A DNA stretch of 64,000 bases from Candidatus Freyarchaeum deiterrae (lineage in GTDB: Archaea > Asgardarchaeota > Jordiarchaeia > Jordiarchaeales > Jordiarchaeaceae), in the NCBI GenBank assembly GCA_037305845.1, contig CP147778.1, forward strand, positions 2,464,001 through 2,528,000, in the 5' to 3' direction. Numbering within the stretch: the first letter of the stretch is position 1; the number at the start of each line of letters is the position of its first letter. Below the pieces are notes generated by a model. The model was not told the DNA's origin. It made no database searches and worked only from the letters and a program-made list of their open reading frames with translations. The translations under genes were made by a program, and so were the position numbers. Shown piece by piece: positions 49,424 through 59,353 of this stretch.

Positions 49424-52132
49424 TCATGTTAAGGCATATCGCTTGTAGAACCATTTTTTAATAGTCTCAACAAGTAACAGGTAGCTACCAACCAAACCTG
49501 CTAGAATTATGTAGAATAAGAGTGGTGGTTGCGCGAATCCGAACAGTGCGCCTAACGGTGTGAACGGTATTATCAACGCGAAGCCGACAACAGCTAAACT
49601 GCTTATGGTCAAAAGCTTACTCGGCTTACTCTTAAAGAAAGGTGTTAAGGTCGTTCTTATAACGAATATAACCAGAGTCTGTGTGCACAAAGACTCAATA
49701 AACCAACCAGTTTGAAACAGTGATTGAGATGCGGCGAAGACGTTTAACATTATGAAGAAGGTTAGGAAGTCATAGATAGAACTCATTGGTCCAATAAGAA
49801 GCATGAATTTCCTTATGAAGGAAATATTCCATCTTCTCGGCTTTTCAGTATACACCGCATCAACATTGTCGGTTGGTATAGTTGTTTCAGACAAATCATA
49901 AAGAAAATTGTTTAAGAGTATCTGTATTGGCGTCATAGGCAAGAATGGAAGGAATAGAGACGCGCCTGCACAGCTGAACATGTTACCGAAATTCGAACTC
50001 GAACCCATCAGGATGTACTTCAGGGTGTTGCCGAAAGTTTTTCGTCCCTCTATAACTCCTTCTACTAACACCGTTAAATCCTTACGAGAAAGTATGATGT
50101 CTGCGGACTCTTTCGCAATATCCACAGCGTTATTGACCGATATGCCAACATCCGCAGTCCTCAAAGAGGGCGCATCATTAATGCCGTCGCCAAGAAAACC
50201 GACAACATGCCCGTTACTCTTCAACACGTTCATTATCCTGTCTTTCTGCTGGGGCGTCACCCTCGCGAAAACGTTTGAATTCTCAACTAATACCGCGAGA
50301 GCATCATCAGGCATTCCAACAATATCGCTTCCGAGAACAATACCCTTAACCTCAAAATCCAACTGCTCGCATACCTTCTTCGTAACTATCTCATTGTCGC
50401 CCGTACAAATTTTCAGTTCCACTCCCGCCTTGCTTAACAACTGAAGAGATTTTTTAACAGTTTTTTTAGGTGGGTCGAGGAACACCACATAACCCAAAAA
50501 TACCATACCACTCTCGTCGCTGACAGAGCACGCCTGCTTCTCCTCTTTCATACTCTTGTATGAGATTCCCAAAACTCTGAATCCATCAGAGCTCAGTTCA
50601 AAGTATTTTTGCTCGATCTTTCTCTGTAAATCACTTGTCATGTCAACTATTCTGTCCGCGAGTTCACAGTAAGAACACACTTTGATAATCTCATCAGGAG
50701 CACCCTTAGTAATCAAAAATCTCTGGCCCCTCTGTTCAACAACAACAGAAATTCGCTTTCTTATGAAATCAAAGGGAACCTCATCTATCTTCTGGTAACC
50801 CTTTGCAGTAACATCAACATTTTCGTGCCGAAGTATCGCCTCGTCAAGCGGGCTCTTCAACCCTGTTTGATAGTAACTGTTTAAGAAGGAATAGAGCAGC
50901 ACTTTTTCATCTTCATTTCCTTCAAAATCCACATGAAGAAGAAGTGTCACTTTATTCTCCGTGAGTGTTCCCGTCTTATCTGTACACAAAACATCCATGC
51001 TTCCGAAATTCTGAATCGACGCCAAACGTTTTACGATAACACCCTTCCTGGACATTGCGAGGCCAGCCTTTGAAAGGTTTACAGAGAGAATCATTGGCAA
51101 AAGTTCAGGCGTCAAACCAACCGCTAGAGCCACGGAGAAAAGAAGCGATTGTAGCACTTGTCCACTGATTTGCGTGCTTAAAGAGAGAATCCCTTGCAAA
51201 AGGTCAGGCGTCAAACCAAACGTTAGAGCCACAGCGAAAAGACCCGATTGTTGCATTTGCAGAGCTTGGCCCTTGAGAAGTGTATTTACGAAAAAGACGA
51301 ATACCACGAGGAAAAAGGTGATTTCCATTATTAGAAAACCGAATCTTCTAAGCCCCCTCTCATACTCCGTTTCCGGTTGTCTTGCGACAAGCTTTTTGGC
51401 AATTTTCCCATATTCTGTAAAGCTTCCAGTTTTTACCACAACAGCAGTTGCTGTTCCACTTACAACAGAAGTACCCAAAAAAAGATAGTTACTCCTTTCA
51501 GTGACTGTTTCACATTTAACCATCGACGGCGCAGCTGTTTTTTCTACCGGAAAAGACTCACCTGTTAATGAGGACTGGTTCAAGAAAAAGTCCTTAGACT
51601 CAATTACTCTCGCATCCGCAGGTACAATATCCCCCGCCGAAAGATATACTATGTCCCCTGGAACAATCTCGGAAAGCTTTACTTCTTTTTTAACGCCGTT
51701 TCTGAGAACAGTTGCGGTAGTGGTTACTTTTTCTTTAAGCATTTCAGCGGCTTTCTCAGCCCGAGATTCTTGGTAAAAGTCAAGAACCACGCTTAGAAGC
51801 ACTATCGCAAATATGATGACTGCGTTTATTACCTGTTGGAAAAAAACTGAAACCAAACCTGCAATCAACAAAATAATTATTAAAGGATTTCTGAAGTGAG
51901 AAGCGAATTCAGCAACAGCAGTTCTTTTCTTTCTCTTGGCTATCTCATTATGGCCGTAGAGCTCAAGGCGTTTTTCCACCTCTTGAGAGGTAAGGCCTGA
52001 TTGAGAAGTCTTCAAATTAGCAAAAAGATTGTTAATCGGCAGTTCAATCTGCTCTTCGGTGCCTTTCTCTAATTGTACCTGACTCGAAGACTTTGTTGTA
52101 CTCGCTTTCTTGGAGCCTTTGAAGCCATTCAT
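49424..52132 (-). CDS. mgtA: Mg2+-translocating P-type ATPase (P3B)
   Basis: TGES, GLTPELLPMI, DKTGTLT, IDEVPFDF.RKR, GDGIND and SSNFGN motifs; GGTGA SD before ATG 52132. Confidence 0.92.
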   Translation of the reverse strand: MNGFKGSKKASTTKSSSQVQLEKGTEEQIELPINNLFANLKTSQSGLTSQEVEKRLELYGHNEIAKRKKRTAVAEFASHFRNPLIIILLIAGLVSVFFQQVINAVIIFAIVLLSVVLDFYQESRAEKAAEMLKEKVTTTATVLRNGVKKEVKLSEIVPGDIVYLSAGDIVPADARVIESKDFFLNQSSLTGESFPVEKTAAPSMVKCETVTERSNYLFLGTSVVSGTATAVVVKTGSFTEYGKIAKKLVARQPETEYERGLRRFGFLIMEITFFLVVFVFFVNTLLKGQALQMQQSGLFAVALTFGLTPDLLQGILSLSTQISGQVLQSLLFSVALAVGLTPELLPMILSVNLSKAGLAMSRKGVIVKRLASIQNFGSMDVLCTDKTGTLTENKVTLLLHVDFEGNEDEKVLLYSFLNSYYQTGLKSPLDEAILRHENVDVTAKGYQKIDEVPFDFIRKRISVVVEQRGQRFLITKGAPDEIIKVCSYCELADRIVDMTSDLQRKIEQKYFELSSDGFRVLGISYKSMKEEKQACSVSDESGMVFLGYVVFLDPPKKTVKKSLQLLSKAGVELKICTGDNEIVTKKVCEQLDFEVKGIVLGSDIVGMPDDALAVLVENSNVFARVTPQQKDRIMNVLKSNGHVVGFLGDGINDAPSLRTADVGISVNNAVDIAKESADIILSRKDLTVLVEGVIEGRKTFGNTLKYILMGSSSNFGNMFSCAGASLFLPFLPMTPIQILLNNFLYDLSETTIPTDNVDAVYTEKPRRWNISFIRKFMLLIGPMSSIYDFLTFFIMLNVFAASQSLFQTGWFIESLCTQTLVIFVIRTTLTPFFKSKPSKLLTISSLAVVGFALIIPFTPLGALFGFAQPPLLFYIILAGLVGSYLLLVETIKKWFYKRYALT

Positions 52133-52600
52133 CGCTTTCACCATCCATAAAGACACCTCATGAGTTGAGCTACCCTTTTTTAAAATTAAAGAAAAAACCA
52201 CCATCATTGCTTATAGGTTTTTCCATAATCCACTATACTATGTAGTTTTCTCTTTTTCTTTTTGAAAAAGGTCTTCCTCTGCTTAATTTCGGTTTTCCGC
52301 TTGCGGATTTTTCTTCTTTTTCCTTTCTGTGCTTTTTTCTCCGTCTTTAATTTTCCAAGTACTCGTACTATTTGCAAATCTTTCGATATAGTTTTTATTG
52401 AAAAATTCTAGCCTCCTTCTAATTACCTATGGCAGCAAGAACCAATTCGTAGATTGGAACAACAGAAGATATATCTCAAATCTGCACAAAAACGGGAATA
52501 TAATTTGTAAAACTAGTTGTGGTCTTTAAAAGGGCAAAACAGGCGAAATAAATTGCCCAAAGAACTAATTCTGTAACTTCTGCACAACAGGTGTGAAGCT

Positions 52601-53059
52601 TTGTCTAAAAAAGTTGAACTGGTAAACGTTCTCAAAAGGATCAACTCACCGGATACGGGTTCCGCTTTATTCGAATTATGCAAGTGGTGCGGTTGGTATC
52701 AGGTGTTGGAGGTTAAAACCCTTTTCAGAACCCGTGTTAAGAAGCCCTACAAGAATTGCCCTAATTGCGATTGCCCTACTACAATAACTCCAGATAAAAT
52801 AGTCTGTACATGTGGAGTTTGCAGAAGATTACTCGTTGAAAAATTCGTGATATCTCTCGACAGTAGCAAAAAAGTATCCTCAGTAGATTATGATTACGAG
52901 TGCTACAATTGCGGAAACACCTCAAACATTACCTTTCTTCATATTTGCGGCGATGGGGAGCTGGGTGAGTGCGACGGCTTATGCAAAAAAGAAGGAGAGA
53001 AGCCCTTTGGATTTGTATGCATAAGATGCCACGAGTATACCCCAAATACCACATTTTAG
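52601..53059 (+). CDS. Cys-rich multi-zinc-finger hypothetical protein
   Basis: Repeated CxxC pairs (CKWC, CPNC, CGVC, CYNC, CIRC). Confidence 0.7.
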   Translation: MSKKVELVNVLKRINSPDTGSALFELCKWCGWYQVLEVKTLFRTRVKKPYKNCPNCDCPTTITPDKIVCTCGVCRRLLVEKFVISLDSSKKVSSVDYDYECYNCGNTSNITFLHICGDGELGECDGLCKKEGEKPFGFVCIRCHEYTPNTTF

Positions 53060-53075
53060 TCTGAAATAAGACGCG

Positions 53076-53360
53076 TTAAATTGGAGGCGCTAGATTTGGG
53101 GGCGGAAGAAAATAGGATTTCTTACTTCCATCTTTTTCAGAACTAGAATTGCGTCCCTCCAGCCACTTCTCAAAGTCCGCAAGAATATCACTTATACGCT
53201 TATATTTGTAAAGCCTTGCCCTTTTCTCAATAAAATCTTTACAAAGCGTTTTGTTCCCTCGTTTGTCTATTAACTCGAACCAGTGCGGTTCTCCCCACTC
53301 AAAATGCACCCAAATAGCAAATACCTTACCCTCAAAAACCTTCAAATTAGATCCCACCAA
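53076..53360 (-). CDS. Hypothetical protein
   Basis: 94-aa ORF with GGGAG SD. Confidence 0.5.
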   Translation of the reverse strand: MVGSNLKVFEGKVFAIWVHFEWGEPHWFELIDKRGNKTLCKDFIEKRARLYKYKRISDILADFEKWLEGRNSSSEKDGSKKSYFLPPPNLAPPI

Positions 53361-53539
53361 TTCAGCTCCCCTTAGTTTAGGAGTTCACTATTTAAACCCA
53401 GTCCTTAACAAAACGAAAATAAAAAGAGTAAAAGAATAAACGAAAAACAATAAGAAAAGGTACAATATTCCCCGGACAAATTTTCCTATCCCAAGTTTGG
53501 CAGTACTACTCTATTCGGTAATAAAGAGTATCCTTCCCT

Positions 53540-54991
53540 TTATCGTTTAGAATCCCTGCCCTCTTTTAGATATATCCTCAACATTTCGGGGTTCCACTTC
53601 CACGTTTCGGTCTGGGGGTCGAAAAGCTTCGGTAGGGGGTAGTTGCTTCCCTCCTGCTTGCTTCTGAAACATAGTTTATAATCTGCTAATGTACGTAGAT
53701 TCTGGCGCACTACTCTCTCAAGTGGGGTGATGCTTCCCGGCGGGGTTTCCAACCAGCAGGCGAGAGCTGGAGGGTTATCCCCCTTAAGAGATTTCATCCA
53801 GTAGATCCAAGCTTTTGGCAGCTCTCTAACAGCAACCACGAACGCATTAAGAGTGTTCATATCCGACTCGACGATGAAGAGTATGCTCTCACTCAAACCT
53901 ATGTGCTCTATGCTTAGAAACGGCAGAAGTATTCCACCCTCAAAGAGGCTATTCTTGGTTTTTTCCGCAGCGCGCATATCGTATTCGAGCTTCTTGCTCA
54001 ACTCTAGTGTGGGTTTATCCGCTCTTTCGAGCATCTCAACGATGAGCTTCAGGTCCTCAGTGGTGATACGCTTTCTTTTTTTGGGTGGTTCGGGTAAGGA
54101 ATTTGGCTCTTCTATTTTCTTTTTCTGGGGGATAACCTTGTCCCACCCCTTGTTGAGCACATTACTGAGGTAAAGTGACCAGGAATCCCAATCAATGCTC
54201 CAATCTTCCTTATCCGCATCATAAAAGCCGAACGAGTTGGAGCCCTCAAATCCATCGACTTCCCAGATCCATAGTTTTGAGAATCTCTTCCCGAAATCTT
54301 TGTGAACCTGGCTAACCGCGCCGGAAGGTACCGCGATTGAGAAGAGGGTGTATGAGTCCACGCCCAAGAGTTCTTGTCTCGAGAGGAGATACGGGCTCTC
54401 CACGTAGGCTTCACCCTCAACAATGACCACCAGATTAGAGAGGCCTATCTTTGAGTAATCCAATCGTGTGCCCACTCTTAGGCGGCACCTTTCCTCAAGT
54501 TCCTTCTTACGGTACAAAGCCGTCTTATAGCTCATATTGGTTTGCTTTTGAATATCGGCTATGGAGATAAACAGGTCGTCGCACATCGCATTCAGAATCA
54601 TCAAATCCTTCGCGTCCAGCCTTACGCGATAATCGTAAACTATGTTAAATAGAGTTTGCCTAAACTGTTCCGAGGTAAGAATCTCCCCACTAAGCCTCTT
54701 ATACTTGTTCATCTGCCTAAGCTTCGAAACCACCAAAGGCAGAAACTCTCCCCCCATTATAGAATCAACTATCATCAAATCCCTAAACTTCTCTCCCGCC
54801 CCTTCCTCCAATCCCTTTTCACCCTTATACCTGTAGACAAAGAACTCGGTCAAGAGCTGTTTATCCTCCTCAGATAAAATACCAGGTAAAAACAAGTGAA
54901 ACAGGCCCTCCACCGGGAGACTGTCAGGATTAGCAACCTTTTCTAATGGCTCACTCTTAAGAAACTCCTTAATTTTTACAATTTCACTCAT
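53540..54991 (-). CDS. Tandem Lrp/AsnC-like winged-helix regulator
   Basis: Two HTH-linker units (SIADIQKQTNMSYKTA...LDYSKIGL and PTLELSKKLEYD...IEHIGL). ATG 54991 preferred. Confidence 0.65.
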   Translation of the reverse strand: MSEIVKIKEFLKSEPLEKVANPDSLPVEGLFHLFLPGILSEEDKQLLTEFFVYRYKGEKGLEEGAGEKFRDLMIVDSIMGGEFLPLVVSKLRQMNKYKRLSGEILTSEQFRQTLFNIVYDYRVRLDAKDLMILNAMCDDLFISIADIQKQTNMSYKTALYRKKELEERCRLRVGTRLDYSKIGLSNLVVIVEGEAYVESPYLLSRQELLGVDSYTLFSIAVPSGAVSQVHKDFGKRFSKLWIWEVDGFEGSNSFGFYDADKEDWSIDWDSWSLYLSNVLNKGWDKVIPQKKKIEEPNSLPEPPKKRKRITTEDLKLIVEMLERADKPTLELSKKLEYDMRAAEKTKNSLFEGGILLPFLSIEHIGLSESILFIVESDMNTLNAFVVAVRELPKAWIYWMKSLKGDNPPALACWLETPPGSITPLERVVRQNLRTLADYKLCFRSKQEGSNYPLPKLFDPQTETWKWNPEMLRIYLKEGRDSKR

Positions 54992-55284
54992 AAAAACGCC
55001 CTTCAGATTAAAACATATGCAAATAGATAAATAAAATTTAGCGATAATAGTCCATCTCACCAAAACAAAGGATAGCAATCAAGAAAAAGCACCACCACAA
55101 ACCGCCAAAGTGGCTATTTTCCCGTATCCTCAACAAAAATTAGAAGTGTATTCCTTTTACAAAAATCTTATTCGGAGTATTTTGAATTTTTTTCAAATAA
55201 AAAGTTGAAGGCAACGTTAACAATAACATTATTAACATTTTTTCGAAAAGCGGAGTTCTTGAAGAAACATGTTCAAGAGTTCTG

Positions 55285-56007
55285 CTATAAGAGTTTTTTA
55301 ACTGTCTCCTTTAGTTTCTCTGAATCAATAATGTTGATGGGGTTTAAGTGATAATCCTTCTTACACAGTGACAGAATTATCTGTGCATCCTCTCCCTCCC
55401 TACAATCTACAAGGTTGAACAAAATTTCTGGATCAGTAACGCCGTTACTCAGGAGCTCCCAGAAAAATTCAGCCTGTAGCGCTAGAAGCCTGAGTTTTCC
55501 GCTGAGAATGATTTCAATAGATTCGGTGTAGTGGGAAGCCTCCGAAAGAAGATTCTCCATAAGCCAGCACCGTGTTTTCGCAACATCTACGTTAAGCCAC
55601 TTTCGATTATTCAAGTCATAAACAGCAACATTATGCTTGCTAAGTTCTTTTTCATCGGGAAGAGACACACACGAAGCCACCCACCCGGTGTCAAAACTCT
55701 CCATAAGCCGCGTGAGGAAATCCGATGAGATGCCCGAAGCCAGGTATATTACTCTCTCTGACCTACCGTTCTGTTCCCCTTCAAACAGGGCTTTGAGCTC
55801 CTCCATGCCGTTGTCAAAATCCTCTGAAATATCCAGCTCGTATTCCCACAACTGTCGGTGGGGGGCAAACGCAGTCACCTCTCTGAGAACGTTGCTATTT
55901 AGAAAGCCAAATAGGAGCACTGGGCGTCTCAGGGTGAAAATCAACTGCCCTAGCACTGCCAGACCCTTATCGCTGAAATATTTAGAAAGCTCTTTCAAAG
56001 AGTTCAC
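55285..56007 (-). CDS. Hypothetical protein, possible DENN-like domain
   Basis: LIFTLRRPVLLFG...AFAPHR...GWVA...VAVYDL resembles the cDENN core; overlaps the GTPase stop (GTGA). Confidence 0.55.
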   Translation of the reverse strand: MNSLKELSKYFSDKGLAVLGQLIFTLRRPVLLFGFLNSNVLREVTAFAPHRQLWEYELDISEDFDNGMEELKALFEGEQNGRSERVIYLASGISSDFLTRLMESFDTGWVASCVSLPDEKELSKHNVAVYDLNNRKWLNVDVAKTRCWLMENLLSEASHYTESIEIILSGKLRLLALQAEFFWELLSNGVTDPEILFNLVDCREGEDAQIILSLCKKDYHLNPINIIDSEKLKETVKKLL

Positions 56008-56582
56008 CGAGACTTGTTTTTGATGGCTAAACGTATCATACCCCGAAATACTTCGTATACACCCTCACCGGTTGCCGCTGAAGCGGGATAAACTCGAATG
56101 CCCCTAGGTAAACCCATTTCTTTTCTTAGTTTTTCCGCTGGGACTGCTTTGGGCAAGTCCTGTTTGTTCGCCTCAACTACTATTGGGATTTTGTTTTCTG
56201 TGAAGGCTATGAGCTCTTCAAAGCTTCTCACATTATCCTTCAATTTGTGTTCCTGTGAATCAGCGACGAAGAGAACACTATCCGCGTTTCTCGCAACCTG
56301 TTCCCTAGTTGCCAGAAACCTTTTTTGACCTGTTGTTGTGTGGACGTGGAACACGAAACAGTAAGGGGGAAACTCTAGTTGTAGAGCCAGGTAATCCTCC
56401 CAAATAGTGCGGCCCTCGCTAGTTGAGATTTCGTAGGGCTCGCCAATTATGTTATTTGGAAAAAGCTTCGCTAAAGCACGGATGTTTGTTGTTTTCCCAG
56501 ATGACGCGGGTCCCCAAAAGACAATCTTCAACTGCACCATTTTTTCTTCTGGCAAATCTCTCTGAAACTTTTCTGCCTCCAA
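56004..56582 (-). CDS. MglA-like small GTPase
   Basis: KIVFWGPASSGKTTN, GRT, TTTGQ (MglA-type TxxGQ rather than DxxGQ), FVADSQ, NKQDL and ASA motifs. Confidence 0.9.
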   Translation of the reverse strand: MEAEKFQRDLPEEKMVQLKIVFWGPASSGKTTNIRALAKLFPNNIIGEPYEISTSEGRTIWEDYLALQLEFPPYCFVFHVHTTTGQKRFLATREQVARNADSVLFVADSQEHKLKDNVRSFEELIAFTENKIPIVVEANKQDLPKAVPAEKLRKEMGLPRGIRVYPASAATGEGVYEVFRGMIRLAIKNKSR

Positions 56583-56598
56583 TTCTATCTAACTCCTT

Positions 56599-57183
56599 TT
56601 ACTTCGTTTCTCTTATGAGAGCGGCGTCCAGTATGTGCAGGACGTCCTCGATCTGCTCCTCACTTGCTTCAATGGTTTTTCTTATTGGCTCACTGTTCTT
56701 AATATCTTCTTGGATTCGCTTCACGTATTGGCTCATCTTCGCACGGATAAATCCAATATTCGCTTTCTCGGTAGCAAAAATCAGAAGCAGCAAAGACTTA
56801 TTTTCGTCAAGGTCACCGATTTTGCAGACGTAGAACTGTTTTGAATCGTACATAATCATCGCGTTCTGGAACGCGTCTGCACCCAGATGGGTCTCTCCTT
56901 GTTTTGCTATACCGGCCAAAGCTGCGCCCAAGGCTCCTGCATTCCAAGCGTTTTTTACATGAAAGAACCTAGATTTTGCTAAAGCCTTACCGTCGCTATC
57001 TACCAGTAGTAAACCCTCTATGTCGCCTTTACCAAGCATTCTCTTGTAAGATTCCAGTAGACTGTCTAGTGTATCTGAAACCCTGTTAGTCAGGTAAAAA
57101 TATCTGTGCTGTGTCTCGTTATTATTTTCTGGTGTTTGTTGAACTTTTCCAGTTGAGAAAAATTCCGAATCCATTTCATTCAC
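56599..57183 (-). CDS. Roadblock/LC7 (MglB-like) protein
   Basis: IEGLLLVDSDGKALA, GALGAAL.G.A and ANIGFIR motifs; directly upstream of the GTPase. Confidence 0.8.
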   Translation of the reverse strand: MNEMDSEFFSTGKVQQTPENNNETQHRYFYLTNRVSDTLDSLLESYKRMLGKGDIEGLLLVDSDGKALAKSRFFHVKNAWNAGALGAALAGIAKQGETHLGADAFQNAMIMYDSKQFYVCKIGDLDENKSLLLLIFATEKANIGFIRAKMSQYVKRIQEDIKNSEPIRKTIEASEEQIEDVLHILDAALIRETK

Positions 57184-57238
57184 TCCTTTAAACTTCTATA
57201 ATTCTTCTTAATCAGCATGATTTAAACACCCCTAAATG

Positions 57239-58216
57239 TTAGAGAGTGGTTTGTACGAGTTGCGATTCCTTGTAAGCCTTCACCAATCTCCTAATTCCCT
57301 TATCTATCCTCTCAGGCTTCATACTAAACTCCTCCAACAGTCGCCTGAGAGAACCAGTATTAGGAGCATTGAATATTATCTGAGGTTCCACAACATCGGG
57401 GTTTAGAAAAATCTCCCTAACACCTTCCACATCAAAAGGTTCCAACCCCGCTCCAGAAAATACTCCCCTAATATCCCCATGTTTTCGAATCAGTTTCAAC
57501 GCCTTTTTTGCTCCCACCTTCTTAACTCCCAAGTTAAAGTCAGTTCCCACAAGGATTGCCAAGTCTACAAGCTGCTCATAAGAAATGTTTTGCAGCTTCA
57601 GAACCTCTTCCAGAGTTGCACACTGAACATTGTTTTCCGTTAGATCCAGATTCCTCAAGATTGACCTAGCCCCAAAGAGCAGAGCGTCGTAATCCTGTGT
57701 GAGAACATGATCAGCCTTCCCTATCCGAGTCATGTAAGCCGCCTCCGCCTCTCCCTCTCCCGGAGACTTTACCCAGGGCACCCCCATAGTGGTGAGTAAT
57801 TTCTGGGTTTCGTTTATGATGGTATCGTATAAAATCTCATTGGATAATGATAGGGTTCTAGCTACATTGTAATTCTTGTTCTCTCTTGCTTTTCTCAGAT
57901 AACTGTACTCCTTAACCAGAGATTCCACCAGATGCTCCCTCCTCTCCTTCAGCCTCGGATGCGCTCCATCAAACACAATTATCGGTTTAATATTATGTTC
58001 CAAAAAGTTAGTGGTTCTATAAAACACACCATAAATGTGAGAGACCACACGACCCTCATAGTTAAAGAGAGGGAGATTCTGCCTCCTAATCTTATTTAAG
58101 AACTGAAACAGCATGTTTGAAGCGTCCACTGCTACCCTAGTATGCTCCAGTTGGTCTAGGGAAAGGGTTTTGAAGTTAACTATAGAAGCAAGTTTTACTC
58201 CCATCTTTTTCACCAT
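57239..58216 (-). CDS. Flap endonuclease-1 family nuclease, divergent (probable paralog)
   Basis: MGVKL, VDA.N..QFL, VFDG, EGEAEA, QDYD.LLFG, LVGTDFN.G and C-terminal QTTL. Confidence 0.88.
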   Translation of the reverse strand: MVKKMGVKLASIVNFKTLSLDQLEHTRVAVDASNMLFQFLNKIRRQNLPLFNYEGRVVSHIYGVFYRTTNFLEHNIKPIIVFDGAHPRLKERREHLVESLVKEYSYLRKARENKNYNVARTLSLSNEILYDTIINETQKLLTTMGVPWVKSPGEGEAEAAYMTRIGKADHVLTQDYDALLFGARSILRNLDLTENNVQCATLEEVLKLQNISYEQLVDLAILVGTDFNLGVKKVGAKKALKLIRKHGDIRGVFSGAGLEPFDVEGVREIFLNPDVVEPQIIFNAPNTGSLRRLLEEFSMKPERIDKGIRRLVKAYKESQLVQTTL

Positions 58217-59353
58217 CTATTTTTCGGCTTTCAGTATTTTTCTCATTTCTTCGATTCTTTCGTTTACCATTCTTTTCTGCTCCGAGCCCTCCTCGGACGA
58301 ATCCTCAATTTTAAATTGAGAAATTTTATTCAAAATCTCCTCCGCCCTATCTTTTTCACCCCTTGAAAGAAGGTAATCTAAGTAAATATTTAGGGCAACC
58401 AATAGATGCACTCTGGTATACCATCTCTCAAAGATTTGAATCGCCTTCTCAAAAGCCTCAACAACTCTCTGATCATTTTTTAACATAATATTCGAAACTC
58501 CTATGTGAAAGAGAGTGATAGCTTCTCCGGGTTGGCTGCCTTCCTCCCTCGAAATCGTAAAAGCTTTGTTGAACTGTTCAAGAGCCTCCCCCACTTTTCC
58601 TAATTTAAGAAGAACGGTTCCTACTCTTATACGGCAAAGCGGCTCCTCTACCCCATCATGTATTTCTTCTTTGATTTTCGCCGCTTCGAAATATGATTCA
58701 AGAGCCTCATCCAGTCTCCCCAGTCTCTCATGTATGACTCCGATTTCCCATAAACAAACACCTTTGGTTTTAGTGTCCTCTAATTCTTCTGAAAGTCGAA
58801 GAGCTTCCTGATATTTTTTGTAGGCTTTCTCATATCTCTGCATACCGAACAAAATGTCTCCCATTCTAACAAGAACCTCTAATACACCATCCTTTTCTAC
58901 ATTCTGAATAGCTTGGTAGGCCTGTTCAGAATGCTTCAAAGCCTTCTCCAAATCATCCATCAACCATAAGATTGTACTTATGTGAAAATGAACAGAACCC
59001 AAATTCAGCAAGTCCCCAAGCTCCCCGTAAATAGCCGCAGCCTCCGAGTAACACTTTACAGCATCATCCCCCCTCTCTTTGCTCCACATTAGACGCCCCA
59101 TTCTCGTCAGGCAATCACCCTCTGATGCCTTATCACCTTTTTCTCTGCTCAACTCCAGAATAAGGTTTAGAACCCTTTCCGCTGCATCGTGATGGTAAAG
59201 CTTCGTGCACTGATTAGCCACATTCAGCATGAACCTAGAAATGGACTCCCATTCCCTACCCTTCCCTTTCATAACGTCTATGATATCCTGAGGTTCAGCT
59301 CCTCGCGAAATCAGACTGGCTACACCGTAAACACTATTAATCAAACTTAGCAT
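58217..59353 (-). CDS. TPR-repeat protein
   Basis: Serial G.....G....A...Y..A repeats. Confidence 0.85.
   Translation of the reverse strand: MLSLINSVYGVASLISRGAEPQDIIDVMKGKGREWESISRFMLNVANQCTKLYHHDAAERVLNLILELSREKGDKASEGDCLTRMGRLMWSKERGDDAVKCYSEAAAIYGELGDLLNLGSVHFHISTILWLMDDLEKALKHSEQAYQAIQNVEKDGVLEVLVRMGDILFGMQRYEKAYKKYQEALRLSEELEDTKTKGVCLWEIGVIHERLGRLDEALESYFEAAKIKEEIHDGVEEPLCRIRVGTVLLKLGKVGEALEQFNKAFTISREEGSQPGEAITLFHIGVSNIMLKNDQRVVEAFEKAIQIFERWYTRVHLLVALNIYLDYLLSRGEKDRAEEILNKISQFKIEDSSEEGSEQKRMVNERIEEMRKILKAEK

Noticed and set aside
52200-52380. Lys/Arg-rich minus-strand mini-ORF upstream of mgtA
   Set aside because: Probably a by-product of a pyrimidine-rich tract; no nearby SD or recognisable motif.
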